This document shows, one piece after another, positions 19,778-29,086 of a DNA stretch of 64,000 nt. Under the pieces are notes generated by a model that was given only the letters and a program-made list of their open reading frames with translations, had not been told where the DNA came from and did not search any database. The translations under genes were made by a program, and so were the position numbers. Location of the stretch: IMG/VR virus record IMGVR_UViG_3300017917_003143, positions 62,001-126,000 of that record. One strand, 5' to 3'. Each line of letters opens with the position of its first letter. Position 1 is the stretch's first letter.

Positions 19778-20812
19778 ATGGCAACTAAAAAAGAAAAACA
19801 AGACCTCATCAACACATTGAAGTTTACACCACGTACCTATCGTGTTGAGTTGGGTGCTTATGGCGGAGAAGTTTATTGCGGTCGTGTGGATCGTAAAATT
19901 TATGACTACTTCAAAAGTCGTAGCATCGACTTGGATGAGTTCGCATCTGACTGGGACAACGAATTAGAAGTTCCTGACGACATGCAACCATTTCCACCAG
20001 GTAGTCCCTATGAATGCGATGGCTTGCTACATGCCAGTGGTGCTACCATGGACAGTGGTAACTATATCACTGTGTACGATGAAAATGGCGAAGAAGTTTG
20101 GCAACACAGTTTAGATCTTGATGCTCTTGATGACAGTGAAATCCCTGTCAACGAATGGGAAGTATTCACGCTGGATGAGCTTAAAGAAGGTGAAGTAGCT
20201 TACTGGGGAGCCCAAGGCGAGAAAGGTCTGTGCTACGGTGGCGAGTTTGAACTCAAAGAACCTTTTGATCCCAAGAAGTTTTGTCTAAACTTTAGTAATG
20301 CCGATGGCTGGTATATCTGCAATGGCGTGAGCTACGACGGCGAAGATATCGACAACAACGATTTAAGTACCACAGGCAAGTGGGGCGAGAATAAGTGGCT
20401 TATCGGCGGTGACGAAGAACCATATGATCCAGCAGATGCTGTGCCCGAGGGCGAGGAAAATGGCGGTGCCGGATGGCCTGCTAGTTACTACCCTGATGAA
20501 AGCGAAGAAGTAGAGTTCAAGTTCAAAAAACACAAGCCCGTGCATGTGGGTTGGTACACTGTGAACTGGGGATACGGCAGTACCTATGGCAAACTGTACT
20601 GGAACGGCACAGAGTTTGTGGACTTTGAGTACAACAAAGAACAGAGCATTGACCAAGAAGGTGTCGTGACCTGGAAGGGTCTCAACTGGGACACATCAGA
20701 TTGGGCCAACTGCCCACAGCCCAAAGAAGTAGAGGAAGACTGGGATCCAGCGGCCGAGCTGGAAAAGATCTCTGTGCCTGAATCAGACACTAAAAAATCC
20801 TGGCCCTTTTAA
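19778..20812 (+). CDS. Acidic hypothetical protein
   Basis: SD agga; very Asp/Glu-rich. Confidence 0.6.
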   Translation: MATKKEKQDLINTLKFTPRTYRVELGAYGGEVYCGRVDRKIYDYFKSRSIDLDEFASDWDNELEVPDDMQPFPPGSPYECDGLLHASGATMDSGNYITVYDENGEEVWQHSLDLDALDDSEIPVNEWEVFTLDELKEGEVAYWGAQGEKGLCYGGEFELKEPFDPKKFCLNFSNADGWYICNGVSYDGEDIDNNDLSTTGKWGENKWLIGGDEEPYDPADAVPEGEENGGAGWPASYYPDESEEVEFKFKKHKPVHVGWYTVNWGYGSTYGKLYWNGTEFVDFEYNKEQSIDQEGVVTWKGLNWDTSDWANCPQPKEVEEDWDPAAELEKISVPESDTKKSWPF

Positions 20813-20866
20813 GTTAGTACCCACTAACTTAGTGGGGTTGACAGAAAATCTTTTTTCTGTTATACT
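20811..20866 (+). promoter_or_regulatory. Palindrome + early promoter cassette, copy 2
   Basis: AAGTTAGT-accc-ACTAACTT then TTGACA-N17-TATACT. Confidence 0.85.
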
Positions 20867-20961
20867 GTAGGAACTTGATAAAATTCTAACTCGAGCATGG
20901 TGCTCATAGAGAGTTTTATCGGTAGATGCATGGTGCATCGTTACAACCCAAGGAGAATCAA

Positions 20962-22005
20962 ATGGCAAAACGCCTCACACGTAAACTCACGGATGTTGCT
21001 CGTGAAGTTGAATCCACACTCAAAACCCACTACGGGGTAACTCAAAAAGAACTCAATGCTTGGCGGCAGGCCGCACAGAGTTCCCCGCATTCGTTTCCTG
21101 CGAGCCACATGGTCACGATCGACGATCTATACATCGACTATGAGGTCCAGCGTGATGTCATCCATGATCACGTCAAAAACATCATGAAGAAATGGGATCC
21201 ACGTATTTGTAGTCCTGTTTCTGCTTGCCAGTTGGTTGGCAAATCTACTATTGATACCTATGATGGACAGCACCGTACCATCGCCGCTACCATTCTTGGG
21301 TACACAGAACTTCCCGGTGCAGTGGTAACGACCACAGATCCTCAATTTGCCAGCCTGGCATTTGAAATGCTCAATGATACTGGTGTCCGTCATTTGACAC
21401 CTGGTGATAAACATCGCAACGCATTGGTTCGCTACAAACTTGGCAGTCGTGATATCAAGAACGTTCGTGCCCGTACCATGCAAGATCAATTTGATGCACT
21501 AGAAATTGACTTGCAAGACAAAGGCTCTCGCAACAGTCCTACTCTGCGTGGTGACCATGACTACTTCTTTAGTCATTTTAAGTATGCACAAAAAGGCATC
21601 GACCTTGATCCCAAAGGACAGGTATTGTTTGACATCCTCAAAGCCATCAAAGAAACGTTTCCCATTCAAGAAGAAATTGATCAAGGTGTGTTTATTGGAC
21701 TGTATGAGTTACAACGCCTAGCAGGTGAATACAATGTCAAGCTACCGCAGGGCTGGATGAAAACATTGTTGGAAAGCATCAAACCTATTTTCAAAGGATC
21801 CAAGCTCATCCACGACAAAGCCAAGACACAGTGGGAACACAAGAATCCGGGTGCCACCTGGAGTGCGCCCAGTGCTATGAGCAATTTCATGCGTGAGTTG
21901 CATATCTTGTCTGGTGGCAGTCTACAGTTACCAACTCACGGTCCTGGTGCCAGCATGGGCATCACTGCTGGAAATGTAGTACCTGGCCTGTTTCCGGAGG
22001 CTTGA
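20962..22005 (+). CDS. DGQHR-domain (ParB/Srx superfamily; DndB/DUF262-like) protein
   Basis: YEVQRDV ... TYDGQHRT; SD aaggag. Confidence 0.8.
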   Translation: MAKRLTRKLTDVAREVESTLKTHYGVTQKELNAWRQAAQSSPHSFPASHMVTIDDLYIDYEVQRDVIHDHVKNIMKKWDPRICSPVSACQLVGKSTIDTYDGQHRTIAATILGYTELPGAVVTTTDPQFASLAFEMLNDTGVRHLTPGDKHRNALVRYKLGSRDIKNVRARTMQDQFDALEIDLQDKGSRNSPTLRGDHDYFFSHFKYAQKGIDLDPKGQVLFDILKAIKETFPIQEEIDQGVFIGLYELQRLAGEYNVKLPQGWMKTLLESIKPIFKGSKLIHDKAKTQWEHKNPGATWSAPSAMSNFMRELHILSGGSLQLPTHGPGASMGITAGNVVPGLFPEA

Positions 22006-22006
22006 T

Positions 22007-22564
22007 ATGTTGAAAGAAAGTTTAGAAAAATTCACACCTCCGGTGTATGGTCGGACCAAGCGAAACGCCAACACCTACAAGACAGTGGCAAATCGTTGCA
22101 CTCGCAATCTTAAACGATTGGTGGAGGAATACAATACCACACACAATGACGCTCAGGAGTTGCGTGAAATACGCAACGAAATTGATGACTTCTTGCGCCG
22201 GTATCATGAATACTGCATCAAGCAACGAGACAACATGGATGCTCACTATCACGAGCAAGGTTCAGAAGAAGACACTGACTTTGAACATTTGATTCCGGCC
22301 GCTCGTATCCGTGATCTATTGTTGGCTGGAGTGATCACGGTTGAGCAGGCACTGAATGCACCTACGGTGAAGCTGAGTCGTAGCAAACACATGGCACTCA
22401 AAGACGCCGGGTGGGCCAGCCACACACCTGACATGTGGTTGCCATTCCGTAGATATAGCCAAGTGTTTGATGCTGACTTTACCACGTTTGATGGTACTGT
22501 GATAGATCCTGAAACGTGGACTCTGGAACGGCATTTTGACTATTTTAAGCATCTTGTGCTGTAA
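22007..22564 (+). CDS. Putative HNH/His-Me finger nuclease (GmrD/DUF1524-like)
   Basis: DFEHLIP ... LNAPTVKLSRSKH. Confidence 0.6.
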   Translation: MLKESLEKFTPPVYGRTKRNANTYKTVANRCTRNLKRLVEEYNTTHNDAQELREIRNEIDDFLRRYHEYCIKQRDNMDAHYHEQGSEEDTDFEHLIPAARIRDLLLAGVITVEQALNAPTVKLSRSKHMALKDAGWASHTPDMWLPFRRYSQVFDADFTTFDGTVIDPETWTLERHFDYFKHLVL

Positions 22565-22627
22565 GTTAGTGGATACTAACCTAGTAAAATACTAGGGGTT
22601 GACCAGAAAACCCATTTTGGTTATAAT
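22564..22627 (+). promoter_or_regulatory. Palindrome + early promoter cassette, copy 3
   Basis: AGTTAGT-ggat-ACTAACC, a second dyad CCTAGT-aaaat-ACTAGG, then TTGACC-N17-TATAAT. Confidence 0.85.
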
Positions 22628-22660
22628 ACTTGTATTGAAACTGCAAAAAGGACTCGCAAC

Positions 22661-23116
22661 ATGGCTACTCGTTCTGTAATTGGTGTGATGCATGGTGATG
22701 TGTGCAAGGCTGTTTACTGCCACTGGGATGGTTACATTGATCACAATGGTACGATTCTTCAAGAGCACTACGATTCGGTCAAAGCCAATCATCTTGTTAG
22801 CCTAGGAGACATTTCCAGCCTAGGACCCGAAATTGGCGAGAAGCATGCCTTCAGCCAGTTTGATACTAAGATGTCCTCAGAGGAATACGACAAGCTCTAC
22901 GGCAACATGACCACATTCTACGGTCGTGATCGTGGCGAAGAAGGCACTGACTACAAGGTGTTTCATTCCTATGATGCTTTCGTGGACTTCTTCAACGGAT
23001 GTGGTGCAGAGTATGCTTACATCATGAATCAAGGCGTATGGTATGTCAAGCAATACAGCGGCGATCTTGAGATTCTTGCCGACGTGCTGGCAAAACAGCA
23101 GGTTAGTGCGGACTAA
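22661..23116 (+). CDS. Hypothetical early protein
   Basis: MATRS.IG...VYCHWDGY. Confidence 0.65.
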   Translation: MATRSVIGVMHGDVCKAVYCHWDGYIDHNGTILQEHYDSVKANHLVSLGDISSLGPEIGEKHAFSQFDTKMSSEEYDKLYGNMTTFYGRDRGEEGTDYKVFHSYDAFVDFFNGCGAEYAYIMNQGVWYVKQYSGDLEILADVLAKQQVSAD

Positions 23117-23165
23117 CTTAGTGCAAAATAAGAGGTTGACCGAAAACCCCATTTTCGGCTATAAT
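23101..23165 (+). promoter_or_regulatory. Palindrome + early promoter cassette, copy 4
   Basis: GGTTAGT-gcgg-ACTAACT, then TTGACC-N18-TATAAT. Confidence 0.85.
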
Positions 23166-23196
23166 ATTACAAATAGTTAAGAAAAAGGAGTTAGAA

Positions 23197-23463
23197 ATGG
23201 AAGTTCAAGTCAAAGACATCATTCGTGCGTATGATTTCAAACCAATGGTAGGTCGCGAAGACTGCTACCTTGAAGGTGAAGTTTTGGACCGCAATGACAA
23301 TACCATGGGCTTCCAGGCTTACCGGGTTCGCGTGACCAAAGACGTTTGGGGTGGCGAAAACCTCAAAGGCGGTCAAGGTGTGCGTGTGGGTCAGATCATG
23401 TTTGTTCCTTGGAGAACTAGTTTTGGTGATTTCCAAGGCCGTGTCATCAATCTTTCTAGATAA
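23197..23463 (+). CDS. Hypothetical early protein
   Basis: SD aaggag. Confidence 0.6.
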   Translation: MEVQVKDIIRAYDFKPMVGREDCYLEGEVLDRNDNTMGFQAYRVRVTKDVWGGENLKGGQGVRVGQIMFVPWRTSFGDFQGRVINLSR

Positions 23464-23473
23464 GGAGCAGAAG

Positions 23474-23818
23474 ATGGAATTCACTCAAGATCAAATCAAT
23501 GCTATCGTGGCCGAAGCCAAACAAGAAGCTCGCGAAGCCGCAGACAAATTTTTCCAAGAGAAACTTGGTGGGCAAGATCAGTTTGCCTGTGGCTTTGCCT
23601 GGGTTGACATCTACGGTGTCAAAGGCAATACCAAGTTGGGCAAAATGCTCAAGGCCGCTGGTGTTGATCGCAGTGACTACAAGAAGTGTTTCTCAATCTG
23701 GAATCCCAGCGAGCATGGTGCCCAGAACGTTGACACCAAAGAAGCTGGTGCTTACGCGGCCCAGAAGGTGTTTGAGAAATATGGTTTCCGTGCATACGCA
23801 GGTAGCCGACTCGATTAA
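23474..23818 (+). CDS. Hypothetical early protein
   Basis: SD aaggag; ACGFAWV motif. Confidence 0.65.
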   Translation: MEFTQDQINAIVAEAKQEAREAADKFFQEKLGGQDQFACGFAWVDIYGVKGNTKLGKMLKAAGVDRSDYKKCFSIWNPSEHGAQNVDTKEAGAYAAQKVFEKYGFRAYAGSRLD

Positions 23819-24135
23819 GGCTGTAATGGGCAGGTGCCTGCCTTGGGGAGCCTTGATACCCCAGAAACTTGCAGTCTATTTTTACTGGTTATAGACTCTA
23901 AAGAAAAACCAGTAATTTTTAACAAGGAGCAGGTATGAAATTAGATGACATCAAATCTGACATCGCTAAGAGCGAAACCTCTGTACTCAAACAGCGTTTT
24001 GAACTGTATCGCGATCTCCGTAGCATGGGTATCACTGACATCATTGTCCGAGACTTGCTGGAACTTGAACTAGCACGTCGTGGCGTGTTTGAAGATCTTG
24101 GCCCTTATAGCACCATTAACAGTTAAGGAATTTCC

Positions 24136-24567
24136 ATGCCTTGCAGACACTACGAAAGCGATGATTGGGGAGTCAGTAGCTCTGCTCCTAAAATCAAAGC
24201 AGAACTAGATAAGATGGCTCGCATCGCGTGTGCGGCCATGGAAGAACTCGTTGAACAAGGTCGAGCAGATTTTCTAGTTATTAAAAACGAAGAAGTTCGA
24301 GAATGGTGGGAAGCCCATGTGGCCGCTGATCGAGCAGAAAAAGCTCGTGTCGCTGAACAAGAACGCCGAGAGCGAATCAAAGCCGATGCACTTGCACGTC
24401 TAAGCGACGAAGAAAAAGAATTGCTCGGGTTGGCCAAACCCAAGGCCAAGAAGCATTCTAAAAAAATCGGCACTCCAGTTCCTGTAACGGTGGTGGTTAA
24501 CGAAGAAGTAGATGCTCTGGAAGAGTTATTCCACGAAGCAATTAAGTTTGGAAAACATCGTGAGTGA
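24136..24567 (+). CDS. Hypothetical coiled-coil protein
   Basis: SD aagga; MPCRHY start. Confidence 0.55.
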   Translation: MPCRHYESDDWGVSSSAPKIKAELDKMARIACAAMEELVEQGRADFLVIKNEEVREWWEAHVAADRAEKARVAEQERRERIKADALARLSDEEKELLGLAKPKAKKHSKKIGTPVPVTVVVNEEVDALEELFHEAIKFGKHRE

Positions 24568-24895
24568 TCATCAGTTTGTTGCTGTGTGGGATTGCTATGG
24601 GCTGGAGTATATTGGCGATGTTACCATGGCCGAGCAAGACCGTACCTGGGCGGCACTCCAAGGCAAGGCGCCCACATTGACTATTCCAAATCTCTTGCAT
24701 CTTGAGCTAAGAGCACGTTATAATAGTCAACGGCATTATGAGATATATATTTTTAATGCCCAGGAAGGCATCACTGCCGATGACATCCGAGAGATGTTCG
24801 AAGCAGATCCGCAGGTGGCCGCTGACACTATCCGGCGTATCGGACACAAGTTCTACAGCGACCGTAGAGAGGAACATTCGATAAAAATCAGATAA
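24560..24895 (+). CDS. Hypothetical protein
   Basis: GTG start overlapping the previous gene. Confidence 0.55.
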   Translation: MSDHQFVAVWDCYGLEYIGDVTMAEQDRTWAALQGKAPTLTIPNLLHLELRARYNSQRHYEIYIFNAQEGITADDIREMFEADPQVAADTIRRIGHKFYSDRREEHSIKIR

Positions 24896-25250
24896 GGAAG
24901 GAGAATTATGCAAGTCAAAGAAGGCACCCGTTGGTCCAGTAGTGATGGTAATGTATTTCATGTCATGAACGTGGTTGAAGTCGATGGCCACACTTGGGTA
25001 CACTACGAGCAGGACAATGTGCCCGAATCTCGGACCTTTTCTTGTTGGGTTGAAAGTTTTGTTGGCCGTTTTTCTCCTATCCTAAATGAAAGTCGTAAAT
25101 GAAACGCACTGATTTCCGACGTTGGTTGCACGAGCTCTGGCTCCGCAACTGTGATGAACGCACAGAGTATCACGAACTGCCTTATACCCAGCAGGAGTAT
25201 TTCCGGCAGTACAAATACTGGCTCAAACGTGAATTTCGCCACCAAAACAA

Positions 25251-25305
25251 GGTTAGTAAGCACTAACCCAAACGGTTGACCAGAAATACCCATTTCTGCT
25301 ATAAT
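25251..25305 (+). promoter_or_regulatory. Palindrome + early promoter cassette, copy 5
   Basis: GGTTAGT-aagc-ACTAACC then TTGACC-N18-TATAAT; near-identical to copy 1. Confidence 0.85.
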
Positions 25306-25337
25306 ATAGGTATAGTAAGAAATTAGGAGCCAGATTC

Positions 25338-26030
25338 ATGTACTATTATCGTCCGTATGTCCGCAAGACCAGCACCGTGAAAAACACCAAAACTGAAACC
25401 GTGTCTTACACCGCAGAAGTGGTCTGGGGCGCCGCGGCTCATGCACATCGTGTCAATGGTGGCTACTTCAAGACCGCCGCCTATGACGAGACTGGTACTA
25501 AAATCGTCAAGCCCATGAATCGCGACATAATGAAAGTGGCCTTGGCCGACAACACCATGATCACAGATGCTGATCGTGAGATGGGTACCCAAGCTCGTGA
25601 GTTCTTGGCCCAGCAACTTACCCTTAAGACCTTGAAAGGTCAAGTCAGCGAGTTTGAGAAGACCATGGGACGTGTGGTTGGGATAGACAATTTTACCAGT
25701 GCCGATCGTCTTGAGATCGCCATGGTAGCCAGTCAGATTGGTGCCTACGAACGTGCCCAAAAAGAGCTGGCTGTGGCCGAGCGCATTGATCGTAGTCTGG
25801 GTCATCTTGCAGATGTAGGTGCCAAGGTGCGAGCCACAGTAGAGGTTACTCGTGCAGTATGGAGCAACAACTACGGAGTCAACTTTATCAGCGGTATCAC
25901 TGATACCAATCAGGCAGTGTTCTTTTCCTATCGCGATCGTCTTGCAGTAGGCTCTAAGATCTCAATCCAGGGTACCGTGAAAGCACACCGCACGGATGCT
26001 ACCCAACTCAGCCGTGTGCGTGTCATCTAA
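25338..26030 (+). CDS. Hypothetical protein with OB-fold-like C-terminus
   Basis: SD aggag; KISIQGTVKAH...TQLSRV. Confidence 0.6.
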   Translation: MYYYRPYVRKTSTVKNTKTETVSYTAEVVWGAAAHAHRVNGGYFKTAAYDETGTKIVKPMNRDIMKVALADNTMITDADREMGTQAREFLAQQLTLKTLKGQVSEFEKTMGRVVGIDNFTSADRLEIAMVASQIGAYERAQKELAVAERIDRSLGHLADVGAKVRATVEVTRAVWSNNYGVNFISGITDTNQAVFFSYRDRLAVGSKISIQGTVKAHRTDATQLSRVRVI

Positions 26031-26581
26031 GGAGACGGTATGCAATTCATCATAGGCGTACTGGTCGGTATCGTGATCGCTTCAGCAGGATTTTCTGGTG
26101 TGGCCAAGATACTGGATCGTGGAGTTGAAGCAGTCAAAACCCAAACACAGGAATTATCTAAATGACCGAACGTATTTCAGACAAAGAACTCATTGATACC
26201 AATTTTGAATTGGAACAAGATATTCTGAAATGTTGGAACATGGTAGACGACGTCAAAGACGTGTTAAGTGATCTGCGTCATGGTGCCTTGAGTGCCGAAG
26301 ATGCAATCACAGCCCTAGAAGCCTATGCGGCTGTTTACCAAAATCGATTTGATCGTACTTGGCGTAGGTACGAACGGGTGTGTCAAGGCTTGCACGAGCT
26401 TCGTCATACTGTCAAGGACTTTGAACTTGCCCAAATTGCTGGCCCAAAATCCGGCAAAATGAGCAAATCAAAGAAGCAGAAACCGGTTGACCAATAATCC
26501 GGGATTTGCTATAATAATGGTATGCTGTTAAAAAGGCATGCAGTTGAAACTTCTCGTAAATCACTTTTGAAAGGCAATATT

Positions 26582-26914
26582 ATGGCTACTGATAAACTGT
26601 TTACCGTTGCTGGTACCGCTACACAAAATGGTGTTACCAAAGCTCGTTTCGCGAACGACATGGTTGCTCGCGTCAAGATCTTGACCAAGGCAGGTTGCAC
26701 CAACATCAATCTCATCGAACTTCCACGTCCGATGACCAAGCTCGAGGCTTTGCAGTATCTGCAAGAGCAAGGTCAAACTGGTGACGCAGGCTATGCTGTG
26801 GCATCCAAGTTGGCTGAAAAAGTCAAGGAAGCCAAGCGTGGCGAAGTCAAGGTGGCTACCAAGGCCCCCAAGGCTGTTGCCAAAAAAGCAGATCGCGTAG
26901 CCGACGAAGCATAA
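26582..26914 (+). CDS. Basic hypothetical protein with Lys/Ala-rich tail
   Basis: Early promoter TTGACC(26487)-N17-TATAAT; KVATKAPKAVAKK. Confidence 0.6.
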   Translation: MATDKLFTVAGTATQNGVTKARFANDMVARVKILTKAGCTNINLIELPRPMTKLEALQYLQEQGQTGDAGYAVASKLAEKVKEAKRGEVKVATKAPKAVAKKADRVADEA

Positions 26915-26932
26915 TCGTTGTCAACGATCTGT

Positions 26933-26962
26933 AAAAGCGGCTCCAAGCGGGCCGCTTTTTTT
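26933..26962 (+). terminator. Intrinsic terminator
   Basis: aaaagcggc...gccgctttttttt. Confidence 0.85.
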
Positions 26963-27435
26963 TGGCCATAAAAGGATTAAATAACTATTACAATGGAACA
27001 AGATTTCGTTATAGACATACTAAACGAAGAATCAGTAAAAGATTTAGTAGTCAATATCTGTTTGGTGCTCGCAGACTTTGGGATTACCGAAGTACATGTG
27101 GGGGGACTCATGCGTCTGGTTGGTATCGATGAAGAGTTGGCCGCAGAACATGACGACGAGCTCATGGTCATTACAGACATACAGCAACTACAAAAGACTT
27201 CTGGCGAGACATCAGAGATAATGGAAGTTATGCCCCCGGGCACCACTTTACACTAAACAATGCAACACAATTCAAACACGGGCCACGAGCCCTTATTCAT
27301 AGTGATCTTTCGAGACTCACAGGCCGGCAACTTGCTCCGAGACTGGGCAAAGAAAAACGGAATAGATCAGAAACATATCGACGACAATCGTCTCCGACTA
27401 TATAATCAACATGCCTGGGACAAATTTAGAACCAC

Positions 27436-27789
27436 GTGGTCCAAATCTTGGGACCGTGTGACAGTATGGGACTGTTGGAACCGGCGACATATCGATATAG
27501 GATAATTTTGCAAAAGATCAAAGATTTCTGGAGTGCCAGTTTCCATTCAGATCGTACTGCTTTTTGGTTTGACCTTGTCAGCTTTGTTTTTACCGTGGGT
27601 GCCAGTTTGACCTTAGCCTTCACTGCCCAAAATCCAAACATGGCCTGGATCTATCCAGGTTTTTTTATCGGAAGTCTTGCTGGTGTTTACGCATACTGGC
27701 GCCGAGAACTCATGTGGCCTTTGTTGCTCACAGGATACTTTGCTTGTGTCAATGTATTCGGATTTGGGCGAGCTATAGGCTGGTGGTAA
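27436..27789 (+). CDS. 3-TM membrane protein (true start probably downstream)
   Basis: Three hydrophobic helices; similar architecture to 10935..11168. Confidence 0.5.
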   Translation: MVQILGPCDSMGLLEPATYRYRIILQKIKDFWSASFHSDRTAFWFDLVSFVFTVGASLTLAFTAQNPNMAWIYPGFFIGSLAGVYAYWRRELMWPLLLTGYFACVNVFGFGRAIGWW

Positions 27790-28018
27790 AAACCTCTTGA
27801 CAAAGTACAAGCATTCATACATAATACGTTATCACGAGGAAATTGTATGGATCAAAACGAATTCAATACCCAGATGAAAATCTTGCTCGATGAATATCGT
27901 TCATTGAGCCGACAACTGGACACAGCACCTGATCGCAAAGCAGTGATGCAACAGATGCAGGACTGTGTACGTCGACAGAACGCCCTGCGCGAACAAATTA
28001 AACTTAAAGGAGAATAAA

Positions 28019-28207
28019 ATGTCAGCAAATCATGACGCAATCAAAACAGCATTCGAAACATACATCGCCGAGAACGAAAAGTTCACAGGCAAAGGTGTCA
28101 AGGCCGCGGCCGCTCGTGCTCGCAAAGCCCTACAAGAAATGAGCAAGGCCATCAAAGAGCGCCGTAAAGAAATCACAGCCGAGAAAGAAGCCTTGGCTGC
28201 CAAATAA
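28019..28207 (+). CDS. Histone H1-like Hc1-type small basic protein
   Basis: EKFTGKGVKAAAARARKALQEM; SD aaggag. Confidence 0.65.
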   Translation: MSANHDAIKTAFETYIAENEKFTGKGVKAAAARARKALQEMSKAIKERRKEITAEKEALAAK

Positions 28208-28218
28208 GGAGAACATCA

Positions 28219-28887
28219 ATGTCAACATTGTCAGCGGCATCCGCACTCAATACTGCCATAGCAGGTGTACTGGCTCGCATGGCCGGTGGTATCTTAGCCA
28301 CACTGGTCTTTGCTGGTCTTATCAACAGCCTGGGCCTTGTGCCTGTGTTGTTCTCAGGTATCCTGGGTTACATAATCATTTTCGCACCCTTGGTCATGAG
28401 TTTGTACTTGGCCTGGAAAGGTGACAGCATGTCCGAGAGTGCCATCAAAGCCTGGTATTTTGCCTTTGCGGCAGCCATGGGCTTGAGCCTCAGCGTGATC
28501 TTTGCTGTGTACACATCAGCATCAATTGCCCAGGCCTTGATTGGTACCACAGTATCATTTGGTGCCTTGGCCGGATGGGGATACTTTACCAAGCGTGATA
28601 TTTCTGGATGGGGCCCATTCCTGTTCGCGGGCGTGATTGGTCTCATCGTGGCCGGAATCGTCAACATGTTTGTTGCCAGCACAGCTCTACAAATGACTTT
28701 AAATGTGCTGACCATCCTGATCTTTCTAGGCCTCACTGCCTATGATATGAATCGTATCAGAGACATGTTCTGGTCAGCTTCAGAATCCGAAGTGGGTCGT
28801 ATGCAGTGGTTTGCCGCGCTGAGCCTGTATATCAACTTTATCAATATCTTTGTTTCATTGCTACAACTCATCGGAGATAGACGTTGA
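28219..28887 (+). CDS. Bax inhibitor-1/YccA family membrane protein
   Basis: About 7 TM; TAYDMNRI and ALSLYINFINIF motifs. Confidence 0.88.
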   Translation: MSTLSAASALNTAIAGVLARMAGGILATLVFAGLINSLGLVPVLFSGILGYIIIFAPLVMSLYLAWKGDSMSESAIKAWYFAFAAAMGLSLSVIFAVYTSASIAQALIGTTVSFGALAGWGYFTKRDISGWGPFLFAGVIGLIVAGIVNMFVASTALQMTLNVLTILIFLGLTAYDMNRIRDMFWSASESEVGRMQWFAALSLYINFINIFVSLLQLIGDRR

Positions 28888-29086
28888 TGTGGTTTACTCC
28901 TGAGGAGTGGAAAGCGATCAAAGAAAAGCTGACCAAAGCTTCGCCCAAGCTATTGCTGGTATTATCTTGCTTGGTCGCAGGATACAGTTTTGGCTGGCAC
29001 ATGAAAGGGCAGGATGTGGTATGGGACTGTAAGTATGCCAATGCTTTCCGTTTCCACACTGACAGTTTCACTTGCCAAAGAAAAAT

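Noticed and set aside
10245-25268. GTTAG...CTAAC palindromes as integron attC sites
   Set aside because: The order is the reverse of attC (RYYYAAC...GTTRRRY), the elements are only 18-20 bp, and no integrase is seen
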